Shown: positions 38,501 through 51,000 of the stretch, piece by piece | Position numbering within the stretch: position 1 is the stretch's first letter | Layout of the letters: each line of letters starts with the position of its first letter | Assembly: GCA_965202585.1 (NCBI GenBank) | Contig: OZ241830.1 | Location: 23,374,001 to 23,438,000, forward strand | Direction of reading: 5' to 3' | Length of the DNA stretch: 64,000 nucleotides | From: Thalia democratica | Lineage: Eukaryota | Position numbers and translations under genes: made by a program | The notes under the pieces: generated by a model | What the model saw: the letters and a program-made list of their open reading frames with translations, nothing else | What the model was told of the DNA's origin: nothing | Database searches by the model: none

Positions 38501-41500
38501 TCAGTTCGCATCAGAGGCTCGGTGCAGTAGCCGGACAAGCACACTCTCCTGTCGACTCTAACGCCCGAACCGCAGGTGGCGCTGCAAACTCCAACCTCCC
38601 AATCGCTGTACTTCACGCACGGTGCCATTTCGCAGACCTGCCTTCGCTCAAGAGCATCAGTGCATCTGCCTTGCAGACAAGTCCTGGTGTCGACTCTGTA
38701 TCCGCCGCCGCAGCTGGAGCTGCACATTCCAATGACCCAATCGCTGTACATGGGGCAAGGCTCGGCCTGGCAAGGCGATTCTCTCGTCAGAGGTACGTCG
38801 CACGGTCCAGTGATGCACATTCTTGTGTCAGTTCTGGTTCCGGATCCGCAAGCCGCGCTGCAAATACCGATGGTCCAGGGTCCGACTTCCATGCAGGGCT
38901 TGGACTCGCAGGGAATTTCTTGAGTGAGTGGCTCGGTGCAAAATCCAGACAAGCACTCTCTCGTGTCGGTCCTGACTCCGCCTCCGCAAGTGCAGCTGCA
39001 CTGGCCCTTCACCCACGGACCGTAGACGACGCACTCGACTCCAGTATTGCAAGGTTCGGATTTTATTAGTGGTCCGTCGCACACGCCGTTCATGCAATCC
39101 CTGTTGTAGACCATCACACCGGTTCCGCATGTTACGCTGCACTTTCCGGCCTTCCACGGACCGAGTTGGGGGCAGGCTGGCTGCTCGCAAGGGCTCGATC
39201 TTCGCAATGGCAGCACGCAGTCGCCTCTAATGCACTCTCTGGTTTCGACGACAACTCCTGAGCCGCAACTCACGCTGCAGACGCCGATCACCCATGGGCC
39301 GTACGAAGGACAAACTTTACCTTCGCAGGGCACCTCCCTCACGAGCAATGCCTCGTCGCAGTCGCCTTCCAAGCACTCTCTGGTGTCGAACTGCACGCCG
39401 GGTCCGTACTCTGCGCTGCACATTCCGATAACCCAAGGACCGTATACGGGTTCGACAGGGGCGCAGGGCGGGCACGGCATCTCGACGCAAGTGACTGTTC
39501 TCGACTCTGGGGTGCACATGCCTCTGACGCACGACCTGGTGTCGGTTCTGACGCCTGTGCCGCAAGTGACGCTGCAACGTCCCATGACCCAATCAGCATA
39601 GATGGGACCGCAGTCGCCCATGGAGCAGACCGAGCTTCTTTCGAGGGACTCGGTGCATGCGGCTTGCGAGCACTCGGCGGTGCCGGCCGACTTGCCGTAG
39701 CAGTTGATCTTGCACTGCCTCCTGTCGATCTGAACTCCGTTGCCGCACGAGACGCTGCACACTCCCAATTGCCAGTCGCCGTACTCGACGCAGATTCCCT
39801 GCGCGCACTGCTCCACCCTGGTCAAGTCCCCTGTGCAGATTCCAGACAAGCACTCCCTGGTGTCGACCCTCATTCCGGCGTTGCCGCACGACGAGCTGCA
39901 GGTTCCGAGCACCCACGGGCCGTAAACAACGCACTCGACGCCGCTGTCGCACCTCTGTACTCTGATCAGGTCCTCGGTGCAAACGCCGGACAGGCACACC
40001 CTCCTGTCGATTCTCTCGCCTACTCCGCACGACGCGCTGCAAGTTCCAATCTCCCACTTGCTGTATACCACGCAAACTTCGATCGCTCCGGTACAGGGTA
40101 CGGTTCTGGAGAGCATGGCGTTGTCGCAGCTTCCGGAGAGGCAGTCCCTAAAGTCGATTCTCTGACCGGGTCCGCATGCGGCGCTGCACATTCCCAACTT
40201 CCATTCGCCGTACGCAACGCAAACTTCAACGTCAGCAGTGCAAACGCTTGTTCTGAAAAGCTCCTCGGTGCAGTCTCCAGCTTCGCAGGTCCTGCTCTCC
40301 ACCTGGGTACCCATGCCGCAAGTGGCGCTGCAGGGCCCGACGACCCAGTCGCTGTACTTCTCGCACGCCTGCTGGTTGCAGTCCACCTTCCTCACCAGCG
40401 GCTCCCTGCAGTCGCCCGAAAGGCACTCTCTGGTGTCGACCCTGGTACCGCCGCCGCAAGCCGAGCAGCAAGTTCCGATCACCCACTCGCTGTAGACGGG
40501 GCAGGCGGCAAGCTCGCACGTCATAGATCTGGCCATGTCGCCGGTGCACGTGCCGGTGAGGCACTCCCTGGTGTCGATCCTGATGCCGAGACCGCACGAC
40601 ACGCTGCAGCGACCTTCCACCCAACGGCCGTACTCGATGCAGGCCGGCATCTCGCACGGCGTGGTTCTAATCAAGTCTTCCATGCAGTTTCCTTGAACGC
40701 AAACCCTGGTGTCGACCCTGATGCCGCTGCCGCACTCCACGCTACAGGTTCCAATCTCCCACTCGCTCACCATCGAGCAAGCTTCCATCTCGCAGTCCAT
40801 TGACTTGACCAGGGCCTCGGTGCAGACTCCCTGAAGGCACTCTCTTGTAGCGACCCTCACTCCATTGCCGCAAGTGACGCTGCATGCTCCTTCTACCCAG
40901 TCGCCGTAGACCACGCAAACGGGCCCGTCGCAGCTAACTTCCCTTACAAGCGCTTCCGTGCACATTCCCTGCAAGCACCGTCTAACGTCGATCCTCACGC
41001 CGGTTCCGCAAGCCACGCTGCACGTTCCGATCTCCCATTCGCCGTAGACGACGCAGGCTTCTTTCTCGCACGCCACCTCCCTCATCAGGTCGCCCACGCA
41101 GTTGCCCTGCAAGCACCTTCTCCTGTCGACCCTGGTTCCGGCGCCGCAGGTGACGCTGCATTCACCGATGACCCAGTCGCCGAGGACGGCGCAGTTGGTT
41201 CCCTCGCACGGCACGGTCCTGGTCAAATCTTGCGTGCAGGTTCCGGACAGGCACTGCCTCATGTCCACCTGCTTGCCGAGGCCGCACTCCGCGCTGCACG
41301 TGCCGGCCACCCACGGCCCGTACACCTCGCAGGCTTCCCTCACGCACGCCGAACTCCTCACCAGGTCCTCGGTGCACGATCCCTGCAGGCAGGTCCTGAC
41401 GTCGGTGACGACGCCCTCGCCGCAAGTCACGCTGCAGGTGCCGATCCTCCACGGCGAGTAGACGACGCACGCGGGCAGGTCGCAGATGACGGCGCGGATC

Positions 41501-44500
41501 AGCGCCTGGTTGCAGTATCCCTGGAGGCACCGCCTGGTGTCGTACCTGGACCCCATGCCGCAGGTGACGCTGCAGGGTCCCATCTCCCAATCGCTGTACA
41601 CCGGCGCTGTGTGAGGGGTGTTTGTTAATTTCACATGTTAAATAACTGTTATAAGTTTTTCCTTATACGTTATAAAATACAGTACTTGTTATAAGAGTAC
41701 ATGTTGCTTGTTTTAAAAAATGTAGTTTTAAAATTTATCTGCTTTCTTTAATAATTTTCCATTCATTAAGTTTTTCCTATGTAAGCTATAGTAGGTACTT
41801 TTTTTACAACGATATTTAAATGTATACAAGGCAAGTTAATGAATCAGTAAAATACTTATATCACAAACTGTTTTATATGTTTGAAAGTAATCGCATTTTA
41901 TTAGGTGCACTCTTCATAAAATAAGTTTTTTGTTTGAACTTCTCTATTTCTAGAAAGTTTTGGTTACAAAAAACTGTTATGCCCTTACTGTTTACCTACG
42001 TACTACTCCCAAACAAATATAACATAAGTAGTTTATTAAGCGTTTAAATGTTAATAGCATTAGTTTTAATCTAAAATGCCACTTCTAAAACAACTGCCAT
42101 CGAATAAGATAGATATTTTTAAAAATCGTAAAAACCTGTTTAAGCTACCTTAGAATCTAAAAATATAAGCTACTAAAAATTCTCAGGTTTGTTTTGTACA
42201 AATCAATTTAGTTAAACGGCTTTGATCTTATCTACTATCAAACTCATTCAAACAGTAATCACTGCAGAATCTAACTGCCGATCTAAAATACCTTCAAAGA
42301 GTACATAATATTCTAAATAATACACCTTTGATGTTTTTGCTACCAGTTAAAACTATTGAGTGCATACGGAAGCGATAAACTTAAACGGACCTATTAAATT
42401 TAAATTTGTTTTCATAAACTCTGAGTTCACATGAAGTATTGATGAAAAAGGTCATTTGGAAGAAAAAGGCCTTTACAACTTGAACTAAGACAAATAAGCA
42501 ACATAAAATAAGAAAAATATTTTAAAAGGAGTTATGTTTACCGTTTAAGACATTATTTCTTGAAAGACTTTCTAAAAGTTAATTTTCAGTATTAAATTTA
42601 AATTGCTTTTAGCTAACTTATTTTTCTCATAAAATTTTTAAGTTTAAACAGAATTTTGCTACTTGATTGGACATTCTATAATTGTTTAAAAAAGTTAATA
42701 ACCAAATAAAATTATGCTGTTTGTATTATGACACAAGTAAGCAGTAACATTTTCACGTTTTTTCTCATGATTAATTAAAAACAATTGGAGATTACTGTTT
42801 TATTTAAATAAGATAACGATAGAAAACATGTTTGACTGGTTATGATTAATGAGAATTCTATATACAGCATAGAATTTAAACACTATTTATAATTTGTTTA
42901 GCACTGTAAAACTTAATTAGATCACTCTTTATCATTTTATTATGATATTTCACACTTATTAACCCCTTTGTCAAAAAATAAATAAAATACCAAGTTTTGA
43001 AAGTATGCCAACCATTTAGGTCTGAATACTATATTCTAAGTATATCTCTGAATATTCTTAGTTCAAACTATGATATTATGTCTGCGAAAATATTTATTGA
43101 GCATTTGCACAAATGTCTTCAACAAACGATTGTATTACCTAACCAGAAGTAATAGAACAAGAAATTTTTAGTCAACGAATTTTTATTAAGTGGCGAACAA
43201 TGCACAATACGAACAGGTGCTGTTTATTTTTCTATAATTTGCTTAATGTGCGTGTCAACCGCAAAATTAGTATATTTCAATTTTCTATCGCGAGCTAACA
43301 CACACGTGCGGTTTTCGAAAAACTTAACCTGCAAAGAATTTCAGCATCGAACAAATTAAGTTTATTCATAAGTCGACGGTTAAATGCTTATGAAAAACGA
43401 ACCTTTGTAACCATTACACTTGAAAAAGTTTGAAGAACTTACCAGCGGTTTACATGGCAGTCTGCAAACGCGTAGTGGTTAGCATGTATTGCTAAGTACG
43501 CAGCACACCCAGCTTTTAATATAATACTCAAACTGTGACCGCGCATTAAATTGTAAGCAGCCTAACACTGCTACTGCCGCGTAACAAAACTTGCGGTTCG
43601 TCGGGTGCGGCTCGAATTACAATGAAAGTTTGTTAGGTACATTTGTGTGTTAGCCGACGTTTAATGTAAAAGTAATTAAAAAAAGCAATCGTTTACAAGT
43701 TTTTAAAAGTATTAGTTGAATATTTAAATCGTTTTTGGTTTTTCTTGGTTGCATGTTTTGGAAAATGGCTGTCTTCATTTTATTTTTTTTGTGTCAATTA
43801 AATAAAACATGCTTAATTCACGTTTGTCTAAATTGTTTTAAAAATATTACTCTTCATGTACTTTTTAGTATAAATTGTTTATCACGCCCTTTTTATGAAA
43901 AACATATCAGTTTATTTTCCTAAAAAATGGTTTAAACTAAAATAAATGTAAAACTTAAAGTTTGGGTATCATAATTTTTCGCACAGAAAAACTATTTTCA
44001 TAAAACATGCCGAAAAATAAGTAAGAAACAATTCAATTTAGTTATTTTAAATGATTGCTTTCTTGGGATCAAAATAGATCTTTTTTCACAAAAAGATAAC
44101 TTACTGTAATATTTATTTAGCAAGTACAAAATCTCATAAATGTAAAACAAGTCAGCTGAAATGATAAAAAGATTCAAACAAACCTCTTGGCACAGGGGCG
44201 GCAGTTGCTGGGGCGGCAGTTACTGGGGTCCGGGTGGCTGGTGCGGCTGTTGGTGCGGCTGTTGGGGCGGCGGTTGCGGGGGGAAAGGTGACCGGCATCG
44301 CAACAATTGCTGCACAAATTTAACTTTTTATTAAAACGTATATGTTGGTGGTGCAAACTACATTTTAACTTTTACTGATTTTTACTTTTTTAATTTTTTA
44401 CATTGTTTACTTAGTTCAAAACTTTATTACGATAAAATTTCTTATCACAAACAGACAAAACGAATGTAATGTATTTTAAAATATCAACGTTGATATTCAA

Positions 44501-47258
44501 AACGCTTTGTTTTATAAGCAACTTTTAAAAACTTTTATACCAAAAAGATATTAAAAGTAAATAAATGTATCTACATGTGTATATATACATGTAAACAAAA
44601 GCTTTTCTGATGATTTGGTGAGCTAGATTATCTCATAAATGAAACAATTTAAAAAAGCTTTCGGTTGTTATTTATATATATAATATGTACTTACGATTGC
44701 AAACTCCGTTTCTTGAGAAGAATCCGGGTTCGCAGACGCACCAGAACCTTCCAGAATTGGTGGCGCACTGCGAGTTAGCAGGGCACCTGGGGCATCCTCT
44801 GTTCATCGACAGTACGTAGATCGATCTCGCTGTAAAGTGAGTTAAGTGAGTTGGTTCAAGTGGTTTAGAATAAAAAGTATTAAAAAAGTTTTGTACGCTT
44901 ATTATGAAGTAATAGTCTTAAGAACATTATAACAATTTAGTTGTTTAGTCGAAACCAGTTTAGTACTTTTAAGTAAAGCTATAGAAAATAATTTATTTTA
45001 AACTAAATCTTGAAAAAATGAATTAAGCTTTTATCTTAATATTTAATATTCAAATACCAACAATGGAAGTTAAACTACTAACGTATGCAAGTGCCGGCGT
45101 TGGTCAGGAGCTGATCGTAGGGACACACGCAAACCATGTCACCGTTCAGTGCGCGGGTGAAGCATCTCGATGTGGGCAATGTGGATCTGCACGGCTCGTC
45201 GCAAGCTGTTTGAATATTATAAGTTGTCAGTTGAACATTAATATCAGAAGTAACGCACTATGTTAAAAAGAACTGTTTGAATAATGTTTTTAGTTTTTTT
45301 TAGAAGAAAAACTTTACCAACGTTATGACAATTAAATATACTTGCTCTCCTTTTCATATAACTAGAGTAAAAACATATCTTTCTATATTTTACAACAATA
45401 TATTTTTAGCGTAGAACGATAAATTAATTTTTGACTTAAGTATTTTTATAATATTTAATCTGTTATAATTAGGCTTAACATAAACTGAATACATACATTA
45501 ACTCAATTCTGCGATAAATAAATCGCAACCGTGAATAAAACTGTACTCTATTTTGAAGCATTTATGAAGGCACTCTAGTTACTGAACAAGCTAAACGTTA
45601 AGTTTAATTCTTTATTGCCGTTTAAAGTAGTATTAACTGCATACTATATGAGATAATCCTCGTATTTTTCATAACTATTTTGCTCTTTTGAACGAAAAAC
45701 TTTGAATTTATAGTTATGTATTATATTGAGACAATCAAAAGATTATAAATTTTTAATTCCGTAAAAGACGTTTTTACAAACTTAGAATAATTTTGCACTA
45801 AAATGCCTTATTACATGGAATTAGCAACTGGTAGCACATTAAAAAAATAAATGTCTAAACCAAACTACGAAAATTTGAACACCCGTTGAAAAGGGCGGAA
45901 CAACCTTACGTTGACACGCGAGTAAGTGCATTGAATTGCGCAACTTTCAATACACGGCTTAACTATTGGCGATATCGCGGCCGGTACTGGTGACAGCACT
46001 TTGTTGTTGATCAAAACAATCAGCATTGATATGTAGCCCCGAGCGTTTTTAATCCGTCTATTGCTACCGGATTACGCATATTTGCTTGCGTTTTTTATTA
46101 CAGGCAAGAATTAGATATAAATCATTATACAAATAAAATATTAAATTGAATGTTAGACGCAGGTGATATGATAAATTTTTGTTTAAAACTTTTCAAATAT
46201 ATATTAGTACACGTATTTGCTTTAAATTAAGTAATTTAAACTTGGTTAAAATTGTTCAAAAAATTCATTGTTTTATCTTTGAACATTATGGTTAAAAGTT
46301 TAACTGTAATAAAATATAAGAATTGACAAAAGCTAATGCAAATTTTACATAATTATCTACCATTATGACCCTAATAAAAGTTAATATTGTAACAAAATAA
46401 AATTATAAAGCTTCAACATTTTTAAACGAATTTTTATCATCTATTCCTTTTTAAACAACATTTAAAATGTGTAAGTTATTAAAATAACGTAAAAACTCAC
46501 CACCACAACAAACTATCATCTTAATGACCAAGTTTACGTAAAATCTATATACGTTTTATCCAAACTTGGAAGTTTACATTCAACATATATTGGTTTAACA
46601 AGCTTACTTACGGACGAAAAAATAATCATCTGAATTACTACCTGGTGGGCATATGTCTTCTGCTTCGGCGACTGGGGACGACTTATGTTTTTAAACCGGC
46701 AAATTACACTATATTTATGCAATTACTTGGACACTTTGCAAACCCTACTTGCTTGAAAATGCAGATATTAAGATGTTTACGACGTTTTAATCTTACATGC
46801 CAGTAACATAATATGAAATAAATTACGGTCGTTGGGTTTAACGATGAAATATACACTTTGTTTAGATTGAATAAGTATTAGTAAAATTGCAATATAGCGT
46901 ATAGTTTAATTTAATAGAATATTTTACAAAACAAAACGTAAAACATTACTTCTACTTAAAAAAAAAATTTTAGCCTATTCGATCAAAATTATCTTTATAA
47001 GATTAATGACAACCATATCCAGTAAATATTATGTTTATCTTTTATTTTATATTCATACCACACAAAATCATCTATATATACAGAATTTTATAAAAAAATC
47101 GGGTTATTACTGATAGCATCGAATTCAAGCAATCTAATTATAACTTTACTAACTGTTATTTTTACTTACATACGTTTAAAACTACAAAAAAAAATCAACT
47201 AACCGAGCGTTTGCAGTGCAAGGTATGCCAGAAGAAGGCATATAGAAAGTCTGCTCAT
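32538..47258 (-). CDS. Giant secreted multidomain protein (2808 aa): signal peptide - EGF - EGF - P/T/A linker - 55 x TSR - sushi/CCP - short tail
   Basis: Hand-spliced join (minus strand): 47258-47204, 45205-45083, 44829-44695, 44309-44184, 41606-33846, 33420-33241, 32584-32538. All six introns are GT-AG and phase 1. Total 8427 nt (2808 codons plus TAG) with no internal stop. AATAAA on the minus strand at 32403-32408. Confidence 0.92.
33016..33191. mobile_element. hAT-like MITE in the last intron of the TSR gene
   Basis: Terminal inverted repeats CAGGGTTTCTAAA ... TTTAGAAATCCTG (1 mismatch); no clean target-site duplication. Confidence 0.6.
33241..33420 (-). CDS. Sushi/CCP domain exon of the TSR gene
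   Basis: 180 nt, phase 1-1. VTCQIPDL...SLVLNCGFGYEMSGFNVITCQGNGMFTEVKATCV has the 4-Cys CCP pattern, with Phe replacing the usual Trp. Poly-T/CACAG acceptor, GTTAGC donor. Confidence 0.9.
33846..41606 (-). CDS. 7761-bp exon encoding 55 tandem TSR (thrombospondin type-1-like) repeats
   Basis: This is ORF 33841..41634 trimmed to its splice sites (CACACAG acceptor, GTTAGC donor). Repeats of ~46-47 aa have consensus xVY(S/G)xWxIGxCSxTCGxGxRxDxRxCLxGxCTExLxRxxxC(3-5x)C; I counted 55. Confidence 0.97.
35836..37509 (-). repeat. Higher-order 279-bp tandem array (6 units = TSRs 30-41) inside the giant exon
   Basis: Near-identical blocks recur at a 279-bp period (e.g. 35842/36121/36400; shadow ORFs at 36578 and 36857). 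The span is 1674 bp = 6 x 279. Each unit is a 47-aa plus a 46-aa TSR. Confidence 0.92.
44184..44309 (-). CDS. Pro/Thr/Ala-rich (mucin-like) linker exon of the TSR gene
   Basis: 126 nt, phase 1-1: PIVAMPVTFPPATAAPTAAPTAAPATRTPVTAAPATAAPVPR; TGTGCAG acceptor, GTTTGT donor. Confidence 0.88.
44695..44829 (-). CDS. EGF-like domain exon 2 of the TSR gene
   Basis: 135 nt, phase 1-1: ...GCPRCPANSQCATNSGRFWCVCEPGFFSRNGVCN (6 Cys, CxC.PGF); TTTACAG acceptor, GTAAGT donor. Confidence 0.9.
45083..45205 (-). CDS. EGF-like domain exon 1 of the TSR gene
   Basis: 123 nt, phase 1-1: ACDEPCRSTLPTSRCFTRALNGDMVCVCPYDQLLTNAGTCI (6 Cys); AAACAG acceptor, GTTAGT donor. Confidence 0.88.
47204..47258 (-). CDS. Signal-peptide exon of the TSR gene (MSRLSICLLLAYLALQTL)
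   Basis: ATG at 47258, hydrophobic core, phase-1 GTTAGT donor. Upstream acceptor is probably TTTCAG (exon start 47315) or TTTAAG (47288). Confidence 0.85.
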
Positions 47259-47746
47259 CTTCTATGTGGACGTAGTACAGAATAAGGTCTTAAATATAAA
47301 AAATATCTTAAGAACCTGAAACATTTTTCTAACTGATAAAAATTTGTTTATAACGATTTCTTGCACAAAACAACCTTTAATTTTTCTTTAAATCATAAAC
47401 AAAAAACAGCTTTGAAAAAAGTTACACTTTTACTTTTATGTCTGTTTTGTCATAGGATGCGATAAAAACATTTAATAATTTATAAACATTTTATTTCCAA
47501 AACCAAATATTCCCTTCAAACTATCTTGATTTTCTAAAACTTTATTGTAAACTTTGAAAACCCGTCTAATTTAAAACTATAGATTAATGACTTGATTGTG
47601 ATTAATATGCTATATAAAGCGTTCTTAAAAACTTTCATTAAATTCCTAAACCATCGAAAATCAACTTCTTTAACCCATCTCCCCTCTTTTACTTTCACAA
47701 AGTCCTTCAGAAAAAATTCTAAAGCCCGTTTAATGTAAACGCCTAC

Positions 47747-48060
47747 CTTCCACCGAGCCAAGTGCCGCTTTGTGTTTTCGGTCCTGCACCCGGCCGGATA
47801 TATACCCGCGCCGAATTCGCCCGGAGCTACCGCGACACGGGGCCTCGTACGAGCCGGCACGCCTACCAGAGACAGAAGAATCCGGTGCGCGCACGTCAGA
47901 GGAGCAAGCGGAGAAACAGAAAGGAGAGAGGTTTCGACAGAACCGTTGAAAATAGGGAGGGAGGCGGTAAAAGATTTCGAGAGAGACGGCGAGAGATGCG
48001 AGAGAGGTATGTGTATTGCGAGGCACGCGTGTGATGTTTTTCGGTTAGCTCTACGGGCGG
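47747..48060 (-). promoter_or_regulatory. GC/CpG-rich promoter and short non-coding first exon of the TSR gene
   Basis: Isolated GC-rich island. TATATAT on the minus strand at 47804-47798 in a GC context; AAG|GTAGGC donor ~50 nt downstream (exon end 47747); GA-repeat tracts at ~47915-48006. Confidence 0.65.
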
Positions 48061-51000
48061 TTTCGCGCCTAAAGTTTCTAGAAAGTATCGGAGACGTTGA
48101 TGAACGTTAGTTTTTATGAATACATATTAGTTCGGAGCCCACACCCATTTTCAAAAATTACACATGATGTTGTTTTTCATCCGGTTTTCGTCTTATTTTA
48201 GTTAGACTTTAGTAATTTAGTGTAAAACCGTATGTTGCTTGAATTTTCGACTTTTGGACGTTTGGCACAAAAATAGTACTTGTTAAATTATGTGGTATCT
48301 CGCAGTAATTACTTACTAATGTAAGTATCTACACAATAAAAGATTTCAATTACATCAAATAGCTAGTAGTTATGTAAATTACCTGACTCTATTGTCACTA
48401 AAAACTATCACAAATATCATAAAATAAAATAACTGCTTTTTTCATCCTGAAATTAAGTATATAAAAGTATCGTAAAAGCCTTTAATATAAACCCAGTAGT
48501 TAATTAAAACGTTTTTTTTTTAACTCGAAGTGAAAACTAAACTTGTAGATGACTTAAGCTTTGATTTAAAATATTTTTAGTCCAATTTAAGTTGTTAAAA
48601 GTCTGGATTGAAGTATTATAAACTAAAATGCAATTTAGCTGTCAAAAAGAAAACCATACAGAGACATAAACACCTAAAGCCGGCTATAACTGTCAGTTAA
48701 TAAAAATTATTAAGTTTAAATAAACAAATAAATACATATGTATATATATATATATATATCTATATAAATTTAAAACCCACGCCTATATGTTTAAAAGCAC
48801 AAGATGTAATGTCATTCTTGCCACAAATCTTTATCTTAACAAGGTTTTAGTCAATTTGTAATGCCTTTTTATACAAAACAAGTTTTTACATGTTGCTTGA
48901 GTATAAGACTTTTCGAAAAAAGTCTGAACTTTTCGTAAAAGTACTTGACTTAACTTGTATTGTTTTCTGTAGAAGTTAACTTCTTGTGTAGCTAGTGTTA
49001 CATGTTAATAAAAAAACTCGTAGATATTTAAATAAAAGAATTTTTTTTTCCCTAAAGTGTATTAAAAAAATACTAAAAATATAAGCAACTTTTTTTTTGT
49101 TCTACAAGTAATCATAAATTACTTATATAAAAACTTAAAAAAAAATTACTTTTACAAAGTTTTTAAAAAAAAGTTCAAAACAGTAGATAAATTTTTAGTA
49201 GACAAAAGTTTTGTTTTAAATGCTTTAGTAAAAACTTAAGTTTTTTTACACCTAGTTTGAAGTATTATAATGACTTTTACTGTCAGTTAAAGAACCCTTT
49301 TTATACTTTATACTTCGTTTTTGAAAAAACTTATATGTCAAAAACACTCATAAATAAAAATTTTGATTTTGTTTATTTAATTAAAAACTAATATTTTATT
49401 TCTAATCGTGTCATTTATATACTGTCAATGTAAAACTTTTCAACTTAACCTATGTAAAGATTAGAATAAGTCGTACTTTTTATTACGCTCTGCTATATAT
49501 TAAGTTCAAAAAGTCTTGTAAAGTATTTAAGTTTAAACAGAATTATTCGTATACTTAGATAGCCGTAGAAGTTCCTAGCTTTCTTTATCTTTAGTTTAAT
49601 ATATTCTTAAATGAAAAACAATAACTATTTTTTTAGTTGAGCTCATCAGATTGAGTAAGATTTTTAATACACGATGAATTATTTGTGATTAATGTTTTAA
49701 CACACATCTAGCTACTTGCAGCATACAAAACACATTTATCAACATTAGCCTCAAGCATTTTTGTGCTCGGCTGTTTAATTGTGTTTGGGTGGTAAGATTA
49801 ATACAGAAACATTTATAACATGTAAAAAGTAATGATTAATATCAAAACTGCCTTAAAAAAAGCTTTACGACTAAATAAAATAAGAAAAGTTAGTTCGAAT
49901 TCTTGTACGGAAAGTTATTTAAGGAAAACTACTTAGATTTTGTTTTCTGTTTGTTTGAGTAAAATTTTAAAGATAAAGTATCATGTAAGTACTTAGAAAT
50001 TTTAGTTTAATATGATATGTAACTTGCTTTGCATTCAAACTTTTTATTTTTGTGAAGACGACCTTTTTCATTAAATAATTTTTTATAAATGGTAAACCTT
50101 TATAGCATTTCATTTAAAAGAAGTTTTTATATAAGACTAGTCTCAATCGTAAAATCAAATAAAAAAAGTGTTATAACGTTTTTTTTTTACTTGTTGTGTA
50201 AGTTACGATTCGATGAACAAAAATTAAATGTTACTCTTTTTTTATATGTTACATAATCAAACTTACGATACTTTTTGAAAACAGCGGACTTTTAACTTCA
50301 AAACGGTTGTTTTAAAATGTATTTTTGTGCATTACGTAAAAACTGTGATGTGCATTTTGCACGCTACTCCCTCAAAATTTAATTTACATAGAACAAAATC
50401 AAATAACTTCACCAAACAGCGTTTTAGCGAGATAAAGATCAGGCAAGTCGTACTCGCTACTGCCACTACAAAGCTACTTTACATTCAAATTTGAATAAAT
50501 AGATGTAAGAGACAACGCCTTTACACTTTAATGAAAGTGTCAGAAAAATCCTACATTTTTATTAAAAAAGACCTTCACTTTAATGTTGTTGCAAAACAAA
50601 GGTCTTATAAATAAAATTAATTCGAAAAACAGCTTGCATTGCACTCGTTTTAATTACGACGTTAACAAAAGAGTATTTAACTTAGTTGTTCACGAGATAT
50701 AGTAAAAAGTCAGATAAAAAAATTCAATACAGAAAAAGATATCTAAAAAAAATTAAAAATAATAAAAGTTTTACGAAATTAAACTATATTACGATACGCA
50801 TTTTCAGTTAACAGTTGGAACTATATTTTCTATTTATACAAAGCACTGATATCATTAAAAAAATAACTGGTACAAAATATTAGTTCAAATTTTTCTATAA
50901 ATTACCAAAAATCAGTTTATTTTCTTTTTTATAAAATAAGTGCGCCTTTAGATAGAGCTTTTCGAAAGACTACATTTTAACAAAGTTTTATCGTAAGGAC

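Noticed and set aside
33869-41628. Dozens of overlapping plus-strand and alternative-frame ORFs
   Set aside because: Shadow ORFs produced by the GC-rich repetitive codons of the real minus-strand TSR exon.
41607-41634. ORF-track start MKLTNTPHT of the 2597-aa ORF
   Set aside because: Starts at a GTG within the intron upstream of the CACACAG acceptor; the true start is the signal-peptide exon at 47258.
43468-43620. tRNA/SINE-like A box (GCGTAGTGGTTAGCA) and B-box-like GGCTCGAATT
   Set aside because: The boxes are too far apart and no cloverleaf can be folded.
33242-45266. ORFs 33242..33466 (+), 44174..44356 (-) and 45063..45266 (+)
   Set aside because: Antisense or wrong-frame readings of the sushi, linker and EGF exons.
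47534-48110. Four ORFs (90-112 aa) in the GC-rich island
   Set aside because: Low-complexity Arg/Ser-rich translations on both strands; better explained as the promoter island of the TSR gene.
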